Below are positions 8,935-19,144 of a stretch of DNA of 21,139 nt, piece by piece. The position numbers and the translations under genes were made by a program. Positions within the stretch are counted from its first letter, which is position 1; every line of letters starts with the position of its first letter. The notes beneath the pieces are model-generated. The model worked only from the letters and a program-made list of their open reading frames with translations. It was not told the origin of the DNA and searched no databases. Source of the DNA: Octopus sinensis (taxonomy: Eukaryota); assembly GCF_006345805.1 (NCBI RefSeq), contig NW_021823935.1:1-21139 (forward strand), read 5' to 3'.

Positions 8935-9623
8935 ATTATTCATTTTTTATTTCAAGATTTCTTGCCAATACAGAAAGAACCGGTTTCTAACCTAGATTCA
9001 AGGATCCTTCGTTGGAATTTCAACATCAACAACAGGGTGTTTGTTTATTCATGTGTGTACATGTGAAGAGTGGAGGCGTAATGGCCCAGTGGTTAGGGCA
9101 GCGGACTCGCGGTCATAGGATCGCAGTTTCGATTCCCAGACCGGGCGTTGTGAGTGTTTATTGGGCGAAAAACACCTAAAGCTCCACGATGCTCCGGCAG
9201 GGGATGGTGGTGATCCCTGCTGTACTCTTTCACCACAACGGGCAGGCTGTTCCGTTGATTCGGATCAACCGGAACCCTCGTCGTCGTAACCGACGGAGTG
9301 CTTCCACATGTGAAGTATTTGGAGTCAGTATATGTGCAGATTTGTATGCTTTGTTTTATGTACCTATTCTCACTTGCATGTCTAGACATGTGCATATATA
9401 TTTAAATGATAAACTTCTGGAAAGTTTTACAGATTTTTACAGTTCCAGTGTTGGATTGGATCTGTAGTCTTCAAATCAGTTTTCTCCTTTTTGGTTTTGA
9501 GAAGCCTAATTTCACAAGATTGGTACTTAAACAGTTTGTTATAAATCCCAATGCCCCAATAATTACAGGTATAAACCTGAACTTGTAATCAGGATAGAGT
9601 AACTACAAGTTTCTCAATAGTTC
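8935..9623 (-). mobile_element. 3' end of an RLE-type non-LTR retrotransposon (ORF end 9623-9402 plus presumed 3' UTR), interrupted by a SINE
   Basis: Minus-strand translation ELLRNL*LLYPDYKFRFIPVIIGALGFITNCLSTNLVKLGFSKPKRRKLI*RLQIQSNTGTVKICKTFQKFII*. IPVIIGALG matches the C-termini of the LINEs at 13780-14592 and 17025-19147. The left boundary is approximate. Confidence 0.72.
9069..9305 (+). mobile_element. tRNA-derived SINE (family D)
   Basis: A box TGGCCCAGTGG 9082-9092, B-box-like GTTTCGATTCCC 9126-9137, exact 10-bp TSD ACATGTGAAG at 9059-9068 and 9306-9315. Confidence 0.88.
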
Positions 9624-9642
9624 AGGGTAGGTATTTTCTTTA

Positions 9643-9643
<1 letters not shown>

Positions 9644-9673
<30 letters not shown>

Positions 9674-9957
9674 TGTATGTATGTATGTATGTATGTATGT
9701 ATGTATGTATGTATTTATATATTTATGTATGCATGCATGTGTGTATGTATGTATGTGTGTATGTATGCATTTATGGTCAGTCGTGGGGTAAAGTAGAAGA
9801 CGCCAAAATGACGTGCACTTCTTGATATATACACAATTATGATTTCTCTTTATGTAGTGTATGTATGTGTGTGTGCTTGTGTGTGTGTGTTTGTGTGTGT
9901 GCTTGTGTGTGCTTGTGTGTGTGTGTTTGTGTGTGCGCGCGCGTGCTTGTGTGTGTA
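9644..9957. repeat. (TATG)n and (TG)n-type microsatellites
   Basis: Direct reading; interrupted at about 9770-9856. Confidence 0.9.
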
Positions 9958-9987
9958 CATAAAATATATAAGATATACGTATGTGTA

Positions 9988-10215
9988 TCTTTTTTTTACT
10001 AGTTTCAGTCATTGGACTGCGGCCAAGCTAGACACCGGCTTGAAGGAGTTTTAGTCGAAGGAATCGAACCCAGTATTCACTTTTTTAAAGCGCTGGTCTC
10101 TTTTGACGAATCACTAAGTTGTGGGGCCGTCAACATACCAGCATCGGCAGTCAAGCGGTGGTGGAGGACAACACTGAAGAGAGATGCGCACACACATAGA
10201 CATACATGTTTGTAT
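9988..10215 (-). mobile_element. SINE 3' module (family B')
   Basis: GTTTCAGTCATTGGACTGCGGCCAAGCTAGACACCGGCTTGAAGGAGTTTTAGTCGAA; homologous to 5675-5990. Confidence 0.75.
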
Positions 10216-10218
10216 GTT

Positions 10219-10220
<2 letters not shown>

Positions 10221-10278
<58 letters not shown>
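10221..10278. repeat. (TG)n microsatellite
   Basis: Direct reading. Confidence 0.97.
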
Positions 10279-10282
<4 letters not shown>

Positions 10283-10500
10283 TCAAGTGTACAAAAAAAG
10301 AAAACAAGAGACAAGCAACAGAACAAGTCGTGTCAGTTTGACGCTCAGGAGAAACAGAATGGGTTTTAACGTTTCGAGCCTGGCTCTGCGATAGAAAGGA
10401 ATGAGGAAAGAAAGCGGATGGGGAAAAAGAAAACCTGTCTGGACTAACGGTTTCACATGCCGAAATGACCCGAAGGAAAAGGTTGAATGGAAGGAGAGAT
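10279..10500 (-). mobile_element. Diverged relative of the 1199-1450 repeat (degenerate hammerhead-like motif)
   Basis: GACGCTCAGGA...TTTTAACGTTTCGAGCCTGGCTCTGCGATAGAAAGG; flanked by microsatellites. Confidence 0.5.
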
Positions 10501-10546
10501 AACGACACACACACACATATCTACACATACATATTATATTATAATA

Positions 10547-11055
10547 TCTATTATATAAAACTGTAGTTGTGTGAGTGTCTGTCCCCTTCGATTTAGATTC
10601 CTAACTACTGCCACATTTTGCGGTGCAGTTTAACCAAATTCGGGTATCTTATAGTCGTGATTCATATCGAGCCCGTCTGGCTATTAGCGCGCGTCTACGA
10701 TGAGTCTACGATTTAAAAATAATTAACATCATTTTTTATTCCATTTTAATGCATAATTTTTCGTGTGTCGATGGCGGCGGAGTTGGCGTCCACGGTCACA
10801 CCTGCACCTGTTTGCTTCTCCCCTTCTTCCCTCCCTCGTGAAGCTGTGGGGAAGGGAGTGTAAGGAAATCAACGTCGTAAAGCGTTGTCAAGGAGACCAG
10901 CGTTCTTTTAGAACAACGACTTCATGGCTTGAAGACACCAAAACAGAAATGGCTAAGAAAGCCCGAATTGGCATCTATAAGGGAAGTAACTCTCTAAAAA
11001 TGCTTATATAGTTATTTCCCTTACAAACCCGAGCAACGCCGGGCGATACTGCTAG
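10547..11055 (+). mobile_element. Non-autonomous Helitron (509 bp)
   Basis: A|TCTATTATATAAAA start; CCCGAGCAACGCCGGG hairpin and CTAG|T end (CTAG 11052-11055); no TSD. Homologous ends to 6608-7011. Confidence 0.92.
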
Positions 11056-11423
11056 TATACATATATACATATATATTTATACATACATACATACATACAT
11101 ATTTCGAAACGCGGAGTAGATGAAACAGGGACAACTGAAGAAGGAATATTCTTTATGTAGTATGTCTCGTTTCTCTGTTTGTTATTTTTTTACGTTGTTC
11201 CCCCAAAAGTCCGTTTCTATGTTTTTGTTTTTATGTTTTCATTTCTCATTGTGTTCAACATTTTTTTGATGTCCCGTACCCATATATGCATGTATATATA
11301 CATATACATGTAGGTATGTGCATATATGTATATGTATGCATATATTTATATTATTATATGATCGAACGCCACGTGTCCTTTTCCAAGTGTATATATAAAT
11401 ATAAATATATACACACATATATA

Positions 11424-11484
<61 letters not shown>

Positions 11485-12432
11485 AATACTAAATATTAGG
11501 GAATAAGTCCAAATTTACAGGGAAAAAAAATCAGATTAGGATTAATCCAATTTATAGTAAAATATTATAAAATATTATTAGAGACAAAACCACTATTTTG
11601 CAAAACAAACATATACATATATACATATATATTTATACATACATACATACATACATATTTCGAAACGCGGAGTAGATGAAACAGGACAAACTGAAGAAGG
11701 AATATTCTTTATGTAGTATGTCTCGTTTCTCTGTTTGTTATTTTTTTTACGTGTTCCCCAAAAGTCCGTCGTTTCTATGTTTTTGTTTTTATGTTTTCAT
11801 TTCTCATTGTGTTCAACATTTTTTGATGTCCCGTACCCATATATGCATGTATATATACATATACATGTAGGTATGTGCATATATGTATATGTATGCATAT
11901 ATTTATATTATCTATATGATCGACGCACGGGTCCTTTCCAAGTGTATATAAAAATATAAATATATACACACATATTATATATATATTATATATAATATAT
12001 TATATATATATATATATATTATATATATATATATATAAATAATAAATATTAGGGAATAAGTCCAAATTTACAGGAAAAAAATCAGATTTAGGATTAATCC
12101 AATTTTATTATAGTAAAATATTATAAAATATTATTAGAGACAAACCATATTTTTTGCAAAACAAAAATACATATATACATATATTTATACATACATACAT
12201 ACATACATATTCGAAACGCGAGTAGATGAAACAGGGACAACTGAAGAAGGAATATTCTTTATGTAGTATTGTCTTCGTTTCTCTGTTTGTTATTTTTTAC
12301 GTTGTTCCCCCAAAAGTCCGTTTCTATGTTTTTGTTTTTATGTTTTCATTTCTCATTGTGTTCAACATTTTTTGATGTCCCGTACCCATTATGCATGTAT
12401 ATATACATATACATGTAGGTATGTACATATAT
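11056..12432 (+). repeat. ~2.5 tandem copies of a ~555-bp unit
   Basis: CGAAACGCG anchor at 11105, 11661 and 12212 (periods 556 and 551). Copies differ mostly by 1-2 nt indels. Confidence 0.95.
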
Positions 12433-12461
12433 TCATAATTTGAAACTGACTTATTGGAAGT

Positions 12462-12504
12462 CCACCTGAAGATTGTCGATCAAGACAAGAAACGATTGTA
12501 GTGG
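12462..12504 (+). ncRNA. Minimal type I hammerhead ribozyme motif
   Basis: CCAC (stem I) CTGAAGA (core) TTGTC-GATCAA-GACAA (stem II) GAA AC-GATT-GT (stem III) A (cleavage nucleotide 12500) GTGG (stem I'). Confidence 0.8.
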
Positions 12505-12557
12505 CGGTTTTTTTTGACTATTTATTAAAATTTTATGTATTGATTAAGTCTTTCCTT

Positions 12558-12700
12558 GTTTGTTTTGCAAAATAGTGGTTTTGTCTCTAATAATATTTTA
12601 TATATATATGTATGTATGTATATATTTATATATACACTTGGAAAAGGACACGTGGCGTTCGATCATATAATAATATAAATATATGCATACATATACATAT
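12558..12700 (-). repeat. Inverted partial copy of the second half of the 555-bp unit
   Basis: Reverse complement of ~11566-11610 and ~11323-11402 (CACTTGGAAAAGGACACGTGGCGTTCGATCAT). Confidence 0.92.
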
Positions 12701-12835
12701 AAATATTTAAATATTTGTTGTGCAAGATTTATTGGCTAAACTGGCAATATGACCATTCCGAAATATAACACTAATATATATATATATATATATATATCAC
12801 TCACACACACATACATATATATATATATGTGTGTG

Positions 12836-12990
12836 TGACGGGCTTCTTTCAGTTTCCTCTTACCAAATCCACTAACAAGACTGATTGGTCCGAGGCTAAA
12901 GTAGAAGACACTTGCTCAAGGTGCCACACGGTGGGACTGAACCCAGAACCATGTGAAAGCAAACTTCTTACCACACAGCCATGTCTGCGC
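12836..12990 (-). mobile_element. SINE family B, 5' part
   Basis: GACGGGCTTCTTTCAGTTTCC...CTTCTTACCACACAGCCA is reverse-complement homologous to 131-280. Confidence 0.82.
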
Positions 12991-13044
12991 ATTCTGTAGA
13001 GATATTTTATCAACATATCATTTATTAGATATATTATTAGTGCC

Positions 13045-13094
13045 TGTGTATGTCCGTACATGCGCGTGTATGTGTATGTGTATGCGTGTGCGTG

Positions 13095-13143
<49 letters not shown>

Positions 13144-13347
13144 ATGCGTGTCTGTTGTCTGTGAAATCACTTGAAGCGATATTACAGCGAACATTTTCAT
13201 AGACGCCATGATTAAATACAGTAACTATTTTTGTTTGTTAAATTTTTTGTGCCTGAGAGCGAAATGATGTTAGTTAAAAAAGGCACAGGGATTACAAGAC
13301 GCCTCCTAGTGAATGGCTTTCATTGTTATTAGAATGGACTTGCAAAG

Positions 13348-13406
<59 letters not shown>

Positions 13407-13423
13407 CACACAACACACATACA
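13045..13423. repeat. (TG)n (13097-13136) and (CA)n (13350-13423) microsatellites
   Basis: Direct reading. Confidence 0.9.
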
Positions 13424-13691
13424 CAGCACTCAGGTAATGGGTAAGTCTTGTACTTGCTACTGTTGTACTCGGGTGAAGTTTCAAACTGTATAATATAGTA
13501 AACATCAAACTTGGTTACGATAAACCAGAGTCTAAAGATGTAGATGTGATGTAGACAATGTTCTAACGGTGCTGCAGCAACCCCTTATGGCAAGGAAAGA
13601 AAAGGAAAAAAGAAAACAAGATCAATATTGTATAATATAATAATAGAGTGACGAAAGAAACAATAGATAAAAGATCCTGTCTGTAACAATA

Positions 13692-13779
<88 letters not shown>
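13692..13779. repeat. (CAT)n followed by (ATT)n
   Basis: Direct reading; the ATT part is the tail/target of the adjacent LINE. Confidence 0.96.
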
Positions 13780-13780
<1 letters not shown>

Positions 13781-14592
13781 TATGTTTGACTTTTGCTTAT
13801 GGTCTGTACAAGTTGGCTCCAAGTCTCACCCAGAGACCTCAAGAGACAACAGGTTGGAAGTTCTGTGCCATATATTGGGGGTTTTTTTTTTTGGTGTTGT
13901 ACTAGAATGTCTAATACATAAAATAAAAAAAAATAAAATAAAATAAAAAATAAATAAATAAAAGTTTGTTTTAAACCTTGGGATTACATAGAAGAGTATT
14001 TTGCGTAGGATATGAGCAGTTCCCATGAGCACTATCTTTTGAATTTCTGCCATTTGGGGGTTTCCTAGTATCTGAGTTAGGTAGCAATCAGCCCCTTTCG
14101 CTATCATTCCCAGGGCACCTATGACAACAGGTATTGTTTTAGTCATCAGCTTCCACATTTTGCTGATTTCTATTTCAAGATCTTTATATTTGCTCAGTTT
14201 TTGGTAGGTCTTGGCAGATACGTTTATATCGATTGGGACAGTCATATCAATGAGGAGGCATGTTCTTTGTCTGAAGTCTTTCAATATGATGTCTGGCCTA
14301 TTTCATCTATCTTCCTGTCAGTTTGAATGGTGAGTTCCAGAGAGTGAGATGTGGTCATTTTCAAGCACTGGAGGTGGATGTGTTCCCCCACAATTTTTTT
14401 CATGGGGCAAATCCAGGTTTTTGCAAATTACCAGTGAATATTTGTGCAGCTCTATCATGCCTGTTGGAGGTACTCTGTAGGCGCTAGAAGACTGCATTTG
14501 GAGACAACATGATCAATAGTTAGAAGACTGCATTTGGAGACAACATGATCAATAGTTAGAAGACTGCATTTGGAGACAACATGATCAATGGT
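13780..14592 (-). mobile_element. 5'-truncated R4/Dong-like RLE non-LTR retrotransposon (endonuclease region and 3' UTR)
   Basis: RPDIILKDFRQRTCLLIDMTVP...KLSKYKDLEIEISKMW...IPVVIGALG...IQKIVLMGTAHILRKIL; upstream TIDHVVSKC zinc-finger remnant; (ATT)n on both sides. Confidence 0.9.
14485..14592. repeat. Three tandem 36-bp units at the LINE 5' junction
   Basis: TAGAAGACTGCATTTGGAGACAACATGATCAAT(A/G)GT at 14485, 14521 and 14557. Confidence 0.96.
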
Positions 14593-14612
14593 TATTATTA
14601 TTATTATTATTA

Positions 14613-14660
<48 letters not shown>
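14592..14660. repeat. (ATT)n microsatellite
   Basis: Direct reading. Confidence 0.96.
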
Positions 14661-14661
<1 letters not shown>

Positions 14662-14673
14662 CACTACGGAAAT

Positions 14674-15089
14674 GGGATTTTTTTCTAGCGGTGTCAAATA
14701 TATTGTCACCCATAATATAACCCTAGTATCGATCTATTGCATTTCATATCTATTTTAGGGTTAGGTTTAGAGTTATGGTTATGGTTAGGGTTGGGATGGG
14801 GGAAGGGTATCTTTTTTTCCTCGCAATGTAAAAAACCCAATCTGTTTTTTAAACGAGGGACATATTCATACAGCACGGAATGTTGTTTTACGTCAATGAG
14901 GATCAGCGATGGTTAAAATTGCCGAATGCTCGAAATTAAGTCGAAATATGTTACAACGTATAGAATTTTCTCATAAAAGCCAAGAAAAAATGATGTTTTA
15001 TAAACTCATTCTACCAGTATACGAAGTTTAAAAGTGTTTAGTTAACTAGAAATTGTGTTGAAAACTGCCGTTCAAAAGGAAAAGACCCC
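14674..15089. mobile_element. Putative MITE-like interspersed repeat containing degenerate telomeric hexamers
   Basis: Internal TTAGGG-like run at 14755-14796. Right end AAAACTGCCGTTCAAAAGGAAAAGACCCC; the left end only weakly matches it (GGGATTTTT). Family identity is from recall only. Confidence 0.4.
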
Positions 15090-15184
15090 TAGCTGGACCT
15101 GTGAAAAATTCACGGAAAACATAAAAAATGAAAGTATCTGTAAAGAGTGTACTGGTGCCATAAGAAATGTTTGTATATTGTGAC

Positions 15185-15332
15185 CATCTTGTCTATGTTC
15201 TGAGTTCAAATTCTGCTGAGGTTGACTTTGCCTTTTGTCTTTTCAGGGTCGATAAATTAAGTACCAGTTGTGTACTGGGGTCGATCTAACCAACTGGTCC
15301 CCTCCCCACAAAAATTTCAGGCCTAGATAAAA
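15185..15332 (+). mobile_element. SINE family C, 5'-truncated
   Basis: GTTCTGAGTTCAAATTCTGCTGAGGTTGACTTTGCC...GGGTCGATAAATTAAGTACCAG; exact 12-bp TSD GTATATTGTGAC at 15173-15184 and 15333-15344. Confidence 0.85.
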
Positions 15333-15970
15333 GTATATTGTGACAGTTACAGAATATAGAAAATAATGTAACCTCAATGACTACATGGTCCAACCAAAAT
15401 ATCTCAGTTACACAAACGTAAACGGAATTACTATTTATCCTTAAAATACATCGTACATATTCAAAGAACTAATGTACAATTAAAATGCAAAGGGATGAAA
15501 AAATAAATGATATATGAATGAAGTTTGGTAATTTGCATTTATTTCTAGCATGCACACCTTATTGCAAACATGTTTTAACTAACCAAACCTATACACACAC
15601 ACAAATACATTCGTATATATATGTCTCGAGTTGTAGCTGTGATTCAAAGGGGCCAGAGTTGTCATATTCTGTGTGAGGCTGAATCTCACTGAGAACTACA
15701 TTAATGTTATGCATATCTGTGGATACTCAGCCATTTTTGAGTTAATTTTATCCTCGCATGGTAATGAAAAGTGTAATTGACATCCAATATTTGTGTGTCT
15801 ATGTATCTATGTATGAACTTTTCTTTGGATTTATGTATCTACTCTCTCTCTCTCTCTCTCTCACACTTTCTCTCGTTCTCTTTCACTTACTTTGTGTCCC
15901 TCTTCTCTCCCACTTTTGATTTAACAATGTGTATATGTATCTATGTATCTACTTCTCTTGCGATGTGATT

Positions 15971-16330
15971 AACATTTAAAAACACAAAACGACCGCCATC
16001 ACCACTCACTGTCTCTTTCACTCTTTCTCTTTCTCTCTCACTTTTTTCTCTTTCTCACTCTCTTTCTTTCTCTCTTACGTCCTCTCTGAAACATTTAAAA
16101 CCACCAAATGAACGCCTCACCACTCACTGTCTCTTTCACACTCTCCTTCTCTCTCTTTCTCTTTTTCTCTCTTACTTCCTCTGAAACATTTAAAAACACA
16201 AAACGATCGCTGTCACCACTCACAGTCTCTTTCACTCTCTCTCTTTCTCTCTCTCTCACTTTCTCTCTCACTCTCCCTTTCTTTCTCACTCTCTCTCTTA
16301 CTTCCTCTCTGTCCTCCTCCTCTCTCATCT
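15971..16330. repeat. Three ~95-120-bp units, each a conserved AACATTTAAAA...CACCACTCAC.GTCTCTTTCAC block plus a variable CT-rich tract
   Basis: Anchors at 15971, 16090 and 16185. Confidence 0.85.
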
Positions 16331-16411
16331 CTTCGCTTTGCCATTTCCTTGAAGTGTGACGCACACAACAGGTACGTACAAAAACAAAAAGTTAGCGTAT
16401 TAATATTATTG

Positions 16412-16425
16412 ATAATAATAATAAT

Positions 16426-16469
<44 letters not shown>

Positions 16470-16494
16470 GTAGTAATAATAATAATATAATAAT

Positions 16495-16525
<31 letters not shown>

Positions 16526-16537
16526 TAATAATAATAA
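16412..16537. repeat. (AAT)n microsatellite
   Basis: Direct reading. Confidence 0.96.
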
Positions 16538-16727
16538 TCCTTTCTATTATAGGCACAAGGCCTAGAATTTGGGAGGAGGTGCTCAACTGGTACTTATTTT
16601 ATCAACTCTGACAGGATGAAAGGCAAAATCAACCTCAGCTGAATTAGAACTTAGATCGTGAAGATGAACTAAGTGCCACTAAGCATTTTGTCCGGCATGC
16701 TAACGATTCTGCCAGCTCGCCGCCTTC
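16538..16727 (-). mobile_element. SINE family C
   Basis: Homologous to 8492-8712 but with a different 3' tail (TCCTTTCTATTATAGGCACAAGGCCT). Confidence 0.83.
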
Positions 16728-16750
16728 AATAATAATGATAACAATAATAA

Positions 16751-16963
16751 TCCTTTCTGTTATAGGCACAAGGCCTGAACCTTTTGGAGGGGAGCTAGTC
16801 AATTACATCGACTTCAGTGCGTAACTGGTACTTATTTCAACGCTCCGAAAGGATGAAAGGCAAATCGACCTCGGCGGAATTTGAACTCAGAACGTGAAGA
16901 CGGACGAAATACCACTTAGCATTTTGACTGGTTTGCTAACGTTTCTGCCAGCTCACTGCCTTC
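16751..16963 (-). mobile_element. SINE family C
   Basis: Tandem neighbour of 16538-16727 with the same tail type; (AAT)n on both sides. Confidence 0.85.
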
Positions 16964-16993
16964 AATAATAATAATATAATAATAATAATAATA

Positions 16994-17024
<31 letters not shown>

Positions 17025-17027
<3 letters not shown>

Positions 17028-19144
17028 TCACAAAGGCTGAACAAGCACCTGGACGAAAACAAACTGTTCCCAGAAGAACAGAAAGGATGCCGCAAAGGCT
17101 CATTCTGTAAAGATCAACTAGGATTAATAAAGCCATAACTGAAGACAGCCACAAAAGAGAAAGGCCTCAGTATGGCCCGGATTGACTACAAAAGGCGTTT
17201 GATTAGCATCCCCACACATGGATCCTCGAAACACTAGCCATTAACAAGTAGCACAACAATCATAAAATGTCATAGAGCACTCTATGAATAATGGCAAACA
17301 GTCTACACACCTCCAAACAAAGAGGACTCATGCAAACCAAAGACATCCTCATTAGTAAAGGAATATTCCATGGAGACACGCTCTCTCCACTCCTTTTCTG
17401 CTTGCACTGTCACCTCTATCTGATATGCTAAATAGAACTGGATGCGGATATAAATGTTTACGGCAAAACGATCAGCCACCTTTTATATATGGATGACCTA
17501 AACCTATACGCTGCAAATGACAACAGCTGAAACACTATTAAAGACAGTTCATGGATTTACCAAAGAAATAGATATGAATTTGGATTAGAAAAATGCGCCA
17601 AAGTAACCATGAAAAGAGGAAAACTAGTTAAGAGTAACAACATCACACTAGATAAAACCAATGAAATAAAAGAATTAGACCAAAGCCAAACTTACAAATA
17701 CTTAGGAATCCATGAACTAGATAAGCACAACAACACACACAAATGAAAGAGAAATTAAAAAAAGATATTATAGACTTATTAGAAATCAACTAACACAGAG
17801 CTCAATGCCAAAAACAAGATAATAGGTATCAACACTTTAGCTGTCCCAGTTATAGTTACAGCTACAATATCCTTAACTGGACACGAAATGAACTGACCAA
17901 AATAGATAGGAAAACAAGAAAAAATATGACAGGATCTAGGATGCATCACCCAAAATCTGACATAGAAAGACTATATATACAACGTAATAGAAGGTGTAGA
18001 GGCCTTATACAGCTGGAAAACTACTATAAAATAACCACCATAGACTGCAAAAATATCTACTTCAGAAGAAGGAAGAACTGATCCAGATAGCGGCAAACAC
18101 GAGCAAAACAAAACTGTTCTCAGTATTTAAGGAAGCTGACAAATACAAACAAGAAATCATACCACCTAATAAACTAGAAGAAGATAAGAAAAGATGAAAA
18201 ACAACAAAGCTATAAAACAAATGAAATCCTAACTAAAAATAGAACAGCAACGAATCATGATAAAACGATGGCAAGAAAAGCCCCTTCATGGTAAACTGGA
18301 CTAAACTAAACGCAAAAGAAATAGACAAAGAAAAAATCCCAGCAATGGTTGAGAAGCTCAGGACTCAAGCAGAAACAGAGTGATTTTTAATTGCAGCACA
18401 AGACCAAAGCCTCCCCACCAGAATTACCAAAACATGTAATGAAAAGAAATATTACAAGTAACTGCAGAAATATGGAGATGGACAAGAACAATAAATCATA
18501 TATATCTCTAGCTCGCTGCCCAGTCCTGGCTAAGAGGAATATTCACAGACAATGACAGAGTTGGAACCTACATACATGGAAGCTATGCCAACATTATGGA
18601 ATAACAACAGAAAAAAGATGGTATATGGCACACACAACACAGAAAAGGTCACAGAAAACGAGAAAGCACCATACTCTGGGATATGCCGATACACACAGAT
18701 AGAGAAATTAAGGCCAACAGACCAGATATAGTTGTCAGAGACCATGAAGAAAACAAATGCTTTCTAATTGATGTATCAAAATACCGGCTGATGACAACGT
18801 GTCTCTAAAGAAATGGAGAAACTCTCAAATACAGACCTGGAATAGAGGTAACTAGAATTTGAATCTGAAAACAGAAACAATTCTCTATATCATAGTAGGT
18901 GCATTAGGCATGATAAAAAATATTCAGACAAATACATAACAAAAACACCAGGACTTACAAACACATATAACATACAGAAAATTGCACTACTAGGTGCACT
19001 GCACACACATCCTACGCAGAACACTTTCCATACAATAAACCATCAGAGCATCACAAACAAATCACAGACACATACCCAAGGCACACAGAGCTGCGCTCGG
19101 TAGTGAAGTGAAAGCACGCTATAAAATAAAAAAAAATAAAACTA

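Noticed and set aside
9074-9147. tRNA-Arg-like gene
   Set aside because: Head of a TSD-flanked SINE; cloverleaf incomplete.
11056-12432. LTR pair of an LTR retrotransposon
   Set aside because: Units are directly tandem, with no TG...CA ends, PBS, PPT or internal region.
14485-14592. CRISPR-like 36-bp repeats
   Set aside because: No spacers, eukaryotic context, and the unit is LINE coding sequence.
15630-15760. Possible internal fragment of a SINE
   Set aside because: Resemblance is from memory only; there is no second copy in the window to support it.
15971-16330. CRISPR-like repeat-spacer pattern
   Set aside because: The spacers are related CT low-complexity tracts; no cas genes; eukaryotic DNA.
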